From assembly GCA_047967505.1 (NCBI GenBank), contig CM106538.1: a stretch of 64,000 nt of DNA; one strand, given 5' to 3'. Each line of letters opens with the position of its first letter. Positions within the stretch are counted from its first letter, which is position 1. Positions 37,767 to 49,290 of the stretch are shown in pieces. A program made the position numbers and the translations under genes. Origin of the DNA: Dipteris shenzhenensis (taxonomy: Eukaryota). Under the pieces are notes generated by a model. The model was not told where the DNA came from and ran no database searches. It worked only from the letters and a program-made list of their open reading frames with translations.

Positions 37767-40700
37767 TGTGAAGATCCACACTTTTCGAAAATGCAAATGT
37801 GTGCAATGCATGCAGAATTTGAATGCTGATTGGCCCTCCAATGGGGAAGAGCGCCCTTGTGAGAGTACTTGTTCCTTTTTCGACTTACATGCAAGGTGGG
37901 AGAGAGATGACGGATGAATGCAATGTGGTAGAAAGAATGCTACGTGAGATTCACAATGAAAGGGTGATACCCTTTCATTAATGTCCCTTGAGATCACTCA
38001 AGTTCCATCTTCCCATTTACACCTACCCTTAGCCTATGACCCATGCACCTACCATTCAATGCACTCTAATGCACCCTTTCCCTTTCCTATTGCCCCTAGG
38101 ACCTAGACACGTGTGTGCACATCTTTATTACTAATCATTGGCCAATGTTACATAGTTTTGGCGGTACTATTTACACCGCTTGATCGATCATAAATACAAA
38201 CATATAACCGCACCATCAAATTGGCGCCTAACAATAATAAAGTTCTAATGACTATTAATTAACTAAATAATCATTTCTCTTGTCATGACACTCTCTTCTG
38301 CTTGAATGAGCAGAAGTCCTCTTCTGGATTATTGCTTGTCTCCTCCTCTTAGTTCATGCCGAGCTTTCATACGAAGTTGATGATAACCAGATTTCAAATC
38401 CAATTTGCTAAAAACTTTAGCACCTTTAAGCATATCCAATAAATCATCCACTCTTGGAATCGGATACCGGTTCTTAATCGTAAGTTTATTCAAAGCACGG
38501 TAATCTATACACATACGATATGATTCATCCTTCTTCTTAACCAATAATACAGGTGCTCCAAATGGAGAACTGCTTGGTCAAATCAGGCCTTTTTGCAACA
38601 GATCTTCAATTTGTTTTTCTACCTCCTCCATTTCTATCCTGTTCATCCTATATGGGGCTCTACATGGAGGGGAAGCTCTTGGCTCTAAGTCTATGGCATG
38701 ATCATCTTCTCTCTCCATGGGCAATTCGAATGAGTCATCTCTTGAAAATCGATCCTCATAAGCTCTAAGGAACTCATTTCTCTTCCGATCTTCTTTTGAG
38801 ATATGAAGATCTCGTGAATCCCGTATATACACAAGATTACAATCTACCCCTCTTTTTACCAATCTTTTCGCTTGGGTAGGAGTAATCAATGGAATTGTAT
38901 ACACGTCCCGATCCCCTACGATCCTTATGTTTTCATCCTTATGTACAAAGCAACAATGATGAGTATGAGGATGAATAGCAGGGTTAAAATCATACCGCCA
39001 TGGTTTACCTAGTATCATGTCAACGTCTTGTAAAGGGGCTACTAGAAAATCCCTTCGATCTCTATATTTTTGTATACGAAAAGGAATATTTCGTACTATG
39101 GATGTGTCTTCTTCATTGTGTCCCCTAAAAGCTCCTGAAAGCGACATGTTTTTTATAGGTTCTGGTTTAAGATGGAGTAATTTTGCCAATCTATCACTTA
39201 CTAAGTCATAATTACATCCATCATCTAGGAGAACCACTATTCTCTGTCCATTCACGATCATGAGGCCCAAAGGTATTGGCTGAATGGACAGCATTCACTA
39301 TTGGCTCAATAGTCACAGTAGATTTCGAGGGTGACAAGGTAGAAGCCTCACCCTCCTGCTTGGATGCCTTGGCTTTCCCTTTTACTGAATTCGTCTTGGC
39401 AATCTTAGCCAAGAGAACGGGACACTTATGCCATACGTGCCCTGGCTTATGTTTCTTACAACCGAAACATTTTCCTTCCTTAATCAACTTCCTCTTCTCT
39501 TCGTCAGTCATAGAAGGAAATGGCACCCATCCAGGACGTGATTGGCTGTTCACATTCCTTACAAGAGCTTTACCCTTCCCTTTATTATTCTTAAACCGGT
39601 TTGGTTTCCTAAAAGTGGGTATATTATTGGTCTTAGATGATGACCCATACTCCTTATTGAAGGGTTTACGAGGATTCAATTTTCTCTCGGCTATTTCAGC
39701 CAGCTTAGTGAGGTCCTTAAGCGTGATCGGGTTAAACATTTCAACCTCGTACCTTACTTCTGGGCTTAAAGCTGCTAAATACTTCTTTCTCCCATCTTCC
39801 TCACTCTTTTCGGGTAACTCTAGAGAGAGTTTCCAAAATCTGGCTGTAAAATCTGCATTACTCTCATTATCGAACTGCCTAAACCTCTCCCAACGAAAGG
39901 TTAGGTTCTTCATGCCTCGGTGGCATGAAAGTGGTTTTCAGTTGCTCCACAAATTTAGCCCATTCATGAATAGGCTCTTTTCCTGTTTGTGACAAGGACC
40001 ACCACATTAGAGCATCCTTTTGCAGATGCAATGTGGCAAGAGCAAGCTTCTCTTGCTCGGTCTTGTCTTGATGGGCAAAGTATAGCTCAAAATGACGAAT
40101 CCAATTGAGGATTTTGTCAGCCTCCCTTGCCCCATCATATTTGGGGAACTCAATTCTCTCTCGCGGTTGGAATTTGGACCTCTTAGAAGGGTTACTCAAC
40201 TCTTCATCCCCGAAGTTTAAAGTCCTCTTAGTCCCTAATCTTGTCATAATGGACTGCTCAATCATATTGCTAAGCTGGAAAACCAGCTTATCAACAAGAG
40301 TCTCCTCTCTTCCTCTTGCACTTGGATTAGAATCCATGTGTATTGGGTTTTGAGTTGAAGGCATGAACTCATCACCTTGTTCTTGGCTGGTCTCATTTCT
40401 TCTTTCATTACGAAAGGAGAACTCCCTATCAGTAGGTTCTTGAAGGAGAGACTGCTGTAAATCTATTTGTGGGTTATCATACTCAAGATGTGTATAACTC
40501 TCACCTAATCCATCCTCTTCAAGAGGGGGTGAAGGTATTCTTTCTCTCTCTCCTTGGGGTAATGGAGGAAAAGGAATAAGTTCATTGTTATATGTCCCTT
40601 CCCCTTCCATTCTTTCCTTTTATTAATACAAGAGAGAAAAATTTCTTGCTGTAATTTCAAAAAAGAAGGTTTATTTTACAGCAAACTTCAAGTGTTGTAG

Positions 40701-41701
40701 AGGTGGTGGTACTTATCCGACTCCCGCTTCGTTTGTGTTGAGAAGACACTTAAAATCACCTCCTTTCCCTTCTCTTTCAAGCTTTTCTTCTTGTATTTCT
40801 GCTGTAAACTGGTACGCTCCGTTTGGGCTACTTGTTTTGAGCGGATTGGAGCTCTAGATACCGTTATAGGGGGTACTTGATGGGTGGATCACTCTTAAAA
40901 TCTTATTCCGATCCGACTTCCGGTTGTGTAGAACGGGAATCCCTTTTTCTCACGGTTTAAGGGTACATTCACATGGGTGGGGGGGAGGGGGGAAGAGAAC
41001 ACCCCGTTCGCCGTTCGCCGTTGAAGGCCAAAATTTTTCGGAAAAATCCCTTGTCTCAGAACCTCGAGATCGGTCAGTCGTGATCCTTTTCCGCCAACCT
41101 CTCTTGCGACTTCCGTCGTTTGCAACTGTTGCCCTCTTCTCGTCCCGCTCGTGGATCGTCGCAGCTCTGATACCATATGTGAAGATCCACACTTTTCGAA
41201 AATGCAAATGTGTGCAATGCATGCAGATTTTGAATGCGGATTGGCCCTCCAATGGGGAAGAGCGCCCTCGTGAGAGTACTTGTTTCTTTTTCGACCTACA
41301 TGCAAGGTGGGAGAGAGATGACGGATGAATGCAATGTGGTAGAAAGAATGCTACGTGAGATTCACAATGAAAGGGTGATACCCTTTCATTAATGTCCCTT
41401 GAGATCACTCAAGTTCCATCTTCCCATTTACACCTACCCTTAGCCTATGACCTATGCACCTACCATTCAATGCACTCTAATGTACCCTTTCCCTTTCCTA
41501 TTGCCCCTAGGACCTAGACACGTGTGTGCACATCTTTATTACTAATCATTGGCCAATGTTACATAGTTTTGGCGGTACTATTTACACCGCTTGATCGATC
41601 ATAAATACAAACATATAACCGCACCATCAAATTGGCGCCTAACAATAATAAAGTTCTAATGACTATTAATTAACTAAATAATCATTTCTCTTGTCATGAC
41701 A
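37767..41701 (-). mobile_element. Element B: internally deleted Ty3/gypsy (gag, protease, partial RT) with intact LTRs
   Basis: 524-bp LTRs at 37767-38290 and 41178-41701 (TG...CA). TSD CGTTC at 37762-37766 and 41702-41706. tRNA-iMet PBS TGGTATCAGAGC at 41175-41164 and a purine tract at 38302-38291. RT stops after SGYHQLRM. Confidence 0.95.
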
Positions 41702-44047
41702 CGTTCTACCTTAGAGAGTCGGTATGGGGCCTTATTGATTGGCTTACTGCCAGGTTCCAGGACTATGGCATGATCTACATTTCTTCTCGAGGCAACTATG
41801 ATGGCAAATCAGCAAACACATCTGCAAACTTTGAGAGCAATCTCTGCAGATCACAATCATCAACATGGGGAGTGCCACCCTCCTTAGTTACTGACACATT
41901 TAATGCATATATGACACTGCCCCTCTTGAGCTCTCTGGTCAACTGCCTTGCTGAAATGACCTGCAATTTAGGAGCTGCAATACCATGCAATGTAACTGAT
42001 CCATCCCTGTGGACAAAGCTGAGTGTTAAGGCATTGAAATCCATGCTGATTTTGCCCAGTGATTGCAACCAATCACAGCCCAGGACAACATCTATTGGGC
42101 CCATGTCAAGTGCCAAGAATCACCTGCAAATGTATAGTCATCAGAGAACTTAATCCTTGCATCTTGGCAACGAGATCTACTGACCATATGCTGTCCATTG
42201 GCCACTTCTACTCTCAGCCCATGGTCTATCTCTGTAGCAATCAGTCCCACCCTCTATAAGGTCTTGTAGTTAACAAAACCGTGGGTGCTACCGCTGTCCA
42301 CCAACACATGCACAATCCTGCCATTAATCATTCCTGTTAATCTGATAGTATCAGCACTTTTGGCACCCATCAGGGCACGCATGGAAATAGTATAAAGTGT
42401 TGACTGGGCATCCCAATAAACCTCCTCCTCGTTCATAGGAGTATTACCACCTGCATCTTCACGTGCATAAAAAGGCATTGCATCGTGATGCTCCACAGAA
42501 AAGAGTGTGGGCCTATGGCCTCTCATGCCACCAGTGGGCAAAATCTCATACGAATGCAAAGCATGAGTGTCATGCACAATAACACCACCAGGATCAAAAG
42601 GAAAGTCAGTGCCTTTTGTGGCTCCAGTGTCAGGAGCCTCATCTGCATCATGTGTTTTTGCCATCTCATCCTGAGATGTATATAAAGAAAATGGGGCATC
42701 AAACGATTCCTCGTCATTTGAGAGGTCAATGATCATGCTGAGCTTGGCAGTACCACTGTTGCGCATCTTGCACACATTCCTGTGCGCAAGAGTCCATTTC
42801 TCACCACATTTAAAACATAAGTTGGCCTTCTTTCTGCTGTCCATTATTGCCCGTGTATGCTGTTTTATCTCAGCCTGCTCATTTCCAGCAGTAGGCTTGC
42901 CTCCAGGCTTGGCATTAGGATACCTATAAGGCCTGGCATACGGCATCTTACTACGTGAGACAGTAGGAAAGCGAGGAAATGGTGCTGCTGCAGATTTCTT
43001 GTTAGTCCACTCAACAAACTTAGGCTTCGACTCAGCGTCATACCCCGTAGCATGCGAGCTGCCCATGGCATTTGTCACGATCTGTGACGTATTCCTTTCT
43101 CTCTTTCTAAACTTATGGATGGTTTGATGAATGGACACTTGTGGAAGGGTATGCGCTTTCGACGGGACACTTGCCCTTTCGACGGGACACTTCCTATAAG
43201 GCATAACCCTTCACAAGAGACATTCTAATGAAGAGACATTCCTATTGTAATGTACCCTCTTATCAAGGGTCACACCCTTCACAAGGGGTACACACCTCTT
43301 CATGCACATACCCTTTGGAGTACGCACCTTTTCATGTGTGACTCTTCACTCTCTATATAAGAGAGGCCCAATTGTATGGATGACAACAACATCTATCCTA
43401 CAGACATTCAAACAAACTACACGGCAGCCCTGCGCAGCCCTAGCCCTAGCCGAACTGCATGCCAGCCCTACGCAGCCCTGCGCCGATCTGCACGCCAGTC
43501 CTGCGCAGCCCTGCGCAGATCTGCACGCCAGCCCCTTGCGCAGCCCTCGCCTCACTAGCACGCCAGCCCCCTGCGCATTCATTGGCCTCGCCAGCACGTG
43601 CCCTCTCCCCTTGCGCAATCATTGGCCTCACCAGCACGCAGCCCCCCCCCCCCCCCCCCCCCGGCGCAGTCTTTGCCAGCCAAGCCAGCCTAACTGTGCA
43701 GCCCAGCCCTGCCTTCCTGCGCAGTCCAGCCCTGGGAACTGCCACGTGTTTCGCCATTGACAGCCTGCAGCCCCCCCCTTGTTTCGCCATCTTTGTCCTG
43801 CCAAATCAGCACCAGTTGCAGCCTCCTCGCGCGATGAAGACATCCTGTTAATAGCCCGGACCAGACAAGCCTCGATTCGCTCCTCGCAAACCACTGCAAC
43901 ATGGATCTCCGGACAGCGATTTGCAGCCTTCTTCTACACAACAATTTGGCAAATTAAATTATTGCCAGGTGGAGTCTTTCCAATCTGCTTTTAAGGATTC
44001 TCTTGCCATTAACAAATTACAGCAAATGAAAGAATCTCCCTCAAAGC

Positions 44048-44689
44048 ATGGAAACCCCTAGTAATTCACCCGGCATTTCAAGGATACCTCAGGCATCAGC
44101 TACCACACAATATCGTGTTCAAATTGCACAGCCAGCCCATTTCGGAGCCTTTGCATCTTGGGTCTTCTGTGTCACGTGCCCTCCTAGTGATTTGGACCAC
44201 ATCCTCTACCTTCTGCGTGAGGCACCTCAGTTACATTACTTCCTCAGCACAGTACAGGTTGTGTTCCACGAGACACGAAGATATCTTGAACCCGATATTC
44301 CTCAAGAGTTTGCTGTCCATCTGTGGAGAGAATTTTACCCCTCACCTTCGGCATCTCCAGGGTACTCTCCACCTCCTTCAGCTCCCAGATATCCTCCTCT
44401 ACAGGTTGTACCTTCTCCAAGACAGTATTTACACTCCGAAGGCACTCCTCCTGGATATCCTCCACTTCCGACAGCAGCTCCTTATGCCTTCTCAGATCCG
44501 TGGACTCTGCTACCTACTCCTGTCCTCTCACGAGCAGTAACACCACTTTCGGCATCACCAGTGTTACCTCAGACAGGACCTCCTTTACTAGATTTCCACG
44601 GGTGGTTCCATCCTGCCTCGCCTGCCTCCTCCAACATGAGTAACCTCAGGGAGCAGCCCGAATCCTCTTCCAGGAATGGTACAAACTAG
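44048..44689 (+). CDS. Extra 213-aa ORF upstream of gag in element D, unknown function, Pro-rich C-terminus
   Basis: Open, ATG-initiated frame overlapping the gag start by 14 nt. No recognised motif. Confidence 0.45.
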   Translation: METPSNSPGISRIPQASATTQYRVQIAQPAHFGAFASWVFCVTCPPSDLDHILYLLREAPQLHYFLSTVQVVFHETRRYLEPDIPQEFAVHLWREFYPSPSASPGYSPPPSAPRYPPLQVVPSPRQYLHSEGTPPGYPPLPTAAPYAFSDPWTLLPTPVLSRAVTPLSASPVLPQTGPPLLDFHGWFHPASPASSNMSNLREQPESSSRNGTN

Positions 44690-47600
44690 AGCGCAAGTTC
44701 GCGCTTTTCTCACAGGGATCTCCGATATGTCGCAACGCTCGCGTGAAGCCTCTCCAGAGATCAAAGACTCAAGTCCAAAAAAGACCTCTGAAGTCAACGT
44801 ACAAGACGAATCACTATTGCAACTCCAAATTTCCCAGCTTCAGGACAGCATCTCCGACTTGGTCGAGAAAGTTCAACAACTTCAAGACTCTCGCAGTACC
44901 ACCCATACAGAGGATGACGTGACGCAACCAGACGACTATGCGGATTCATTCCCACCAGAGGTAGAAAACACTGAACTACGTGCCCTCTACCGTTTACTTC
45001 AAGCTTCCAAAACTAAAAGACTTGACATCAAACTTTCGGAAGCCTACACTGGTCAACGCAATTGCCGAACAGTTGACCAATGGCTCGCAAAAATGCGCAT
45101 GTATTTTGATACTGTTGACCTCACTGAAGGCAAAAAGATCGCCTTGGCGGCCTCCCTCTTGAAGGATACAGCTTTTCTATGGTGGCAAAGACGCTTAAAG
45201 GACGGCAAAAGTGTGTTAACATGGGAACGTTTTGAACACGTGCTCCGTAAGCAGTTTATACCTGCCAATGCGGACTTCCAAGCACGTTCAAAACTCCGAC
45301 AGTTGGAGCAAACGGGTTCCCTGTCTTCCTACATCTCTCAGTTCACCACATTGGTGCTGGAGATTGATGGTTTAACTGAGGATGATCGCCTTCATGCTTT
45401 CATCTCAGGCCTAAATCCCTCGTTACGCATTGATGTCCTTAAAGCAAACATCACCACCACAGATGGTGCTATTGCTTACGCAGAGCGCATTACAGATTTT
45501 CAAAACACAGGGAAGCAGAGTGCTAATCGCACACAAAACTCTCCTATGGCCAAAGATGCTCACCCTCAAGATAACACCAGGTTTCGAAAAAACTTCGGTA
45601 ATCAAGGTCAGCGACAGTCTCAAGATCCCCAGAAGATTCAGAAATCATATGCTGGATTCCTTCAGAAGCACTCCTCCAAGGATCGCGCTTCTTCTTCACA
45701 AAGTCATTACCGACATCCCCAACATAAAGGTGCGGCCACTAACAAGAAGAACAGCTCTAGCACAAAAGGACTTTGTACCATCTGTACTGGTAACCATAGA
45801 TGGTTCGATTGTTCCAAGCGACCAAAGCAAAATTCCAATATGGAACCTAGCACTTCCCAAAGAGAAGATGCTACCCCAGCACAAGACAAGAAAGGCAAAG
45901 CTGTTCGAATGGCGAATACCATCCACCTGAGCCTTGCCAGCAACCCCGAACCTTCCCTGGCCACTCAAGTACTTTGTGTTCAAGGATCGATTCGTGGAAC
46001 AACGGTCACTATCCTCATCGACAGTGGCTGCTCTCATAATTTCCTAGCTAGTTCTATGTTCGACAAACTTCGGTTGACCACCAGTCCTAGTCTCATGGAC
46101 TATCAAATTGAACTCGCAAATAGAACTACTTTCTTGTGCAACACCAGGATCAAAAACTTGTCTTTCCGCATCCAACATTATACGGACAGGTTGAACTTCG
46201 ACATCATGCCTCTTTCTCGGTACGATGTCATACTCGGACAACAATGGCTCTACGACTATGATCCATCAATCAGTTTTCGCAGCCATACTATCCAGTTTGT
46301 CCACCAGGGAAAACTTATTGAGCTAACTGGTTCTAGGGACTCTCCTTCAACCCCAGTTGCCTCTGCCCTACAAGTAAAGAAGTGGGTTCGTAAACGACAA
46401 GTACTTCACTTCTGTTGGTTACAGCAATCGAGGAGACACCAACTAAGGATCCTCCTGAATACCTCAACCAACCTTTTTTCCAGCCCTACCTGGATATTTT
46501 TCCACAGGAATTGCCAAAGTAGTTACCACCTCGATGACCAGTGGATCACCCAATCGAACTTATTCCAGGTAGTAATCCACCGCTGAAACCTCCTTATCGG
46601 GTTTCTTACACTCAAAATGAAGAAATCCAAAGACAGGTCACTGAACTACTCGACAAAGGTCACATTCGGCCCAGTCGCAGCCCTTTCGGATCTCCTGTAC
46701 TACTTGTGGAAAAAAAAATAAGTCAATGCGTCTCTGCATCGACTACCGAGCCCTCAACAAGCTCACTATCAAAAACAAGTATCCATTGCCTCGCATCGAT
46801 GACCTCTTCGATCAACTTCTACATGCAACACAATTCTCAAAGATTGATCTTCGTTCAGGTTATCATCAGATTCACATACGAGAAGGCGATGAGTACAAAA
46901 CAGCTTTTCGAACAAAGTATGGACACTATGAATGTTTGGTCATGCCTTTTGGGTTAAGCAATGCCCCGGCCACATTCATGACATTAATGAACGACATCTT
47001 CAAGTCATCGTTTACCTCGATGACATCCTCGTTTTCAGCAGATCCCTACTTGAGCACAAACAACATCTTCACCAAGTTTTTGAAGTTCTTCGCGCAAATT
47101 CTCTCTACATCAACATTAAGAAGAGTGAGTTCTTCAAAACCCAACTCGAATATTTGGGACATGTTATTTCCGCTCAAGGCATCTCTGTGGATCCCAAGAA
47201 GGTCGAGGTAATCCGAAACTAGCCTACTCCTAAGAATGTTCATGATGTCCGCTCTTTTCTCGGATTGGCAAACTTCTACCATACAAAGGTCTATCAATTT
47301 TCCAAAATCGCAGCTCATATGTCCGAATTATTGAAAAGCACATCAGTTTTTCAGTGGCTTCTCGAAACAGAGTATAGTTTCCAATAACTCAAGCAAGCCC
47401 TCACTACCACACCAGTTATGGCTATTGCTGACCCCAACCTTCCATTTGAGGTCATGACCGACGCTTCCGACATCGCTACAGGAGCAGTCTTGATGCAAGA
47501 AGGCAGAGTTATTGCTTTTGACAGCCATAAACATTCTGACATCCAAACCCGATATCCGGTTTATGATAAGGAGTTTCTTGCCGTTGTACATGCTTATCGC

Positions 47601-49290
47601 TCTTGGAAACATTATCTCATGGGAGCCGACTCTGTGGTCAAAACAGACCATCACTCTTTAAAGTATATCTTTACTCAGCCAATCATGAACGCTCGACAAG
47701 CACGCTGGGTTGAGTTTCTGGCCAACTTTCACATGACCATTGAGTACATTCCAGGACTACGCAATGTAGTTGCAGATGCTCTCAACAGGTTACCTCTAGC
47801 ATCAGCTATGGTAATCTCTACATTATCTATGGATGTTCCGAATTCATTCAAAGGAAAGTATTTCAATGATAAAGACTTCGGCACAACAGTACAGGTTCTT
47901 TCAAAAGATCAACCTTCGACTTCCGAACAGAAGATTTTCTCATCCTATTCTTATATGGACGACCTTCTGTACTATCAAGATCGCGTCTGTGTACCACATG
48001 ACAAGGATGTTCGACGTCTTTTGTTAAAAGAGCATCATGTAGTTCCTTATGCTGCCCATCCAGGCATCAATAAGACTTATCGGTTACTCAGTGCAACATA
48101 CTACTGGCCTCAGATGAAAAGCGACATCATCAAAATGGTTACATCTTGCTTATCTTGTCAACAAATGAAAGCAAGCCGACGACTTCCAACAGGACTTCTT
48201 CAGCCTCTTCCAGTTCCAACTGAAAGGTGGGAAAGTATTTCCATGGATTTCATTACAACACTACCACGATCCTCCAGAGGTAACACTCAGATTATGGTAA
48301 TTGTTGATCAATTGTCCAAAATGGCACATTTTGTTGCTTGCAAAAGCAGTGCACAGCAGGCTCCGGACATAGCCAAACTTTTCATACAACACATCTTCCG
48401 ACACCATGGATTGCCCAAGAATATCATATCCGACAGAGATCCTAAGTTTACCAGTCACTTTTGGATTTCCCTGTTCGAATCTTTGGGTACAACTCTACTG
48501 TTCAGTTCAGCCTACCACCCAGAATCAGATGGCCAGACTGAAAGAGTCAACCAAGTTCTGGAAGAAATGCTTCGACATTATGTTCAGTCACGCCTAGCAG
48601 CTTGGGAAGAGTATCTACCACTCCTTGAGTTTGCTTATAATAACTCTTTCCATAGTGCCATCAGCATGACTCCATTCCAAGCAGCTTATGGACACACTCC
48701 GATTGTACCAACGAATTTTGTACTTCAACATCGAGTGGCCCTAGCTGATCAACTGGTTCAAGAAATGCAAGACATTCTACTCCAAGTCAGGGATCATATG
48801 CGAAAAGCGCAAGAGTGGTATCAACGGTCTGCTAACAAACATAGACGTCACTTGGAATTTGACATTGGTGACATGGTGCTATTATTTGTAGCCCCACATC
48901 ACTATAAGACGGTTAAGTCTGTGTTTCCTAAGTTGCGACCAAGATACTATGGACCTTTCCGGATTGTCAAGAAAAGTTCACCTTTAAGTTACAAATTGGA
49001 ATTACCACCATCATGGGGTAAAATCCATCCAACATTTCATATTTCTTGGCTAAAGACGTACATTCCAAGCGATGAAGCAGTTCCTCCTGCAGGTGATTAT
49101 GTCCCAGAAATCGAAGATGATTATGTTCTCCTTATTCCTGAGCGTATTCTGGACCATTGACAGTGAGAGACTCGACATCGACTTATCACGGAATTCCTTG
49201 TTCTTTGGCGAGATCTGGATGACTCTGACTCTACTTGGCAATCTGATGAAGACTTACAGCAGTACCCTGACATTTTACAGCAGTATTTTC
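44676..49290 (+). pseudogene. gag-pol of element D, several frameshifts and stops
   Basis: Retrotrans_gag, CTICTGNHRWFDC knuckle, IDSGCSH protease, YRALNK and YLDD in RT, TDASD in RH, an HHCC/DDE integrase with YYGPF, and a chromodomain remnant IPERILDH...STW. Confidence 0.92.

Noticed and set aside
39276-39992. 238-aa plus-strand ORF
   Set aside because: Antisense shadow of element B gag.
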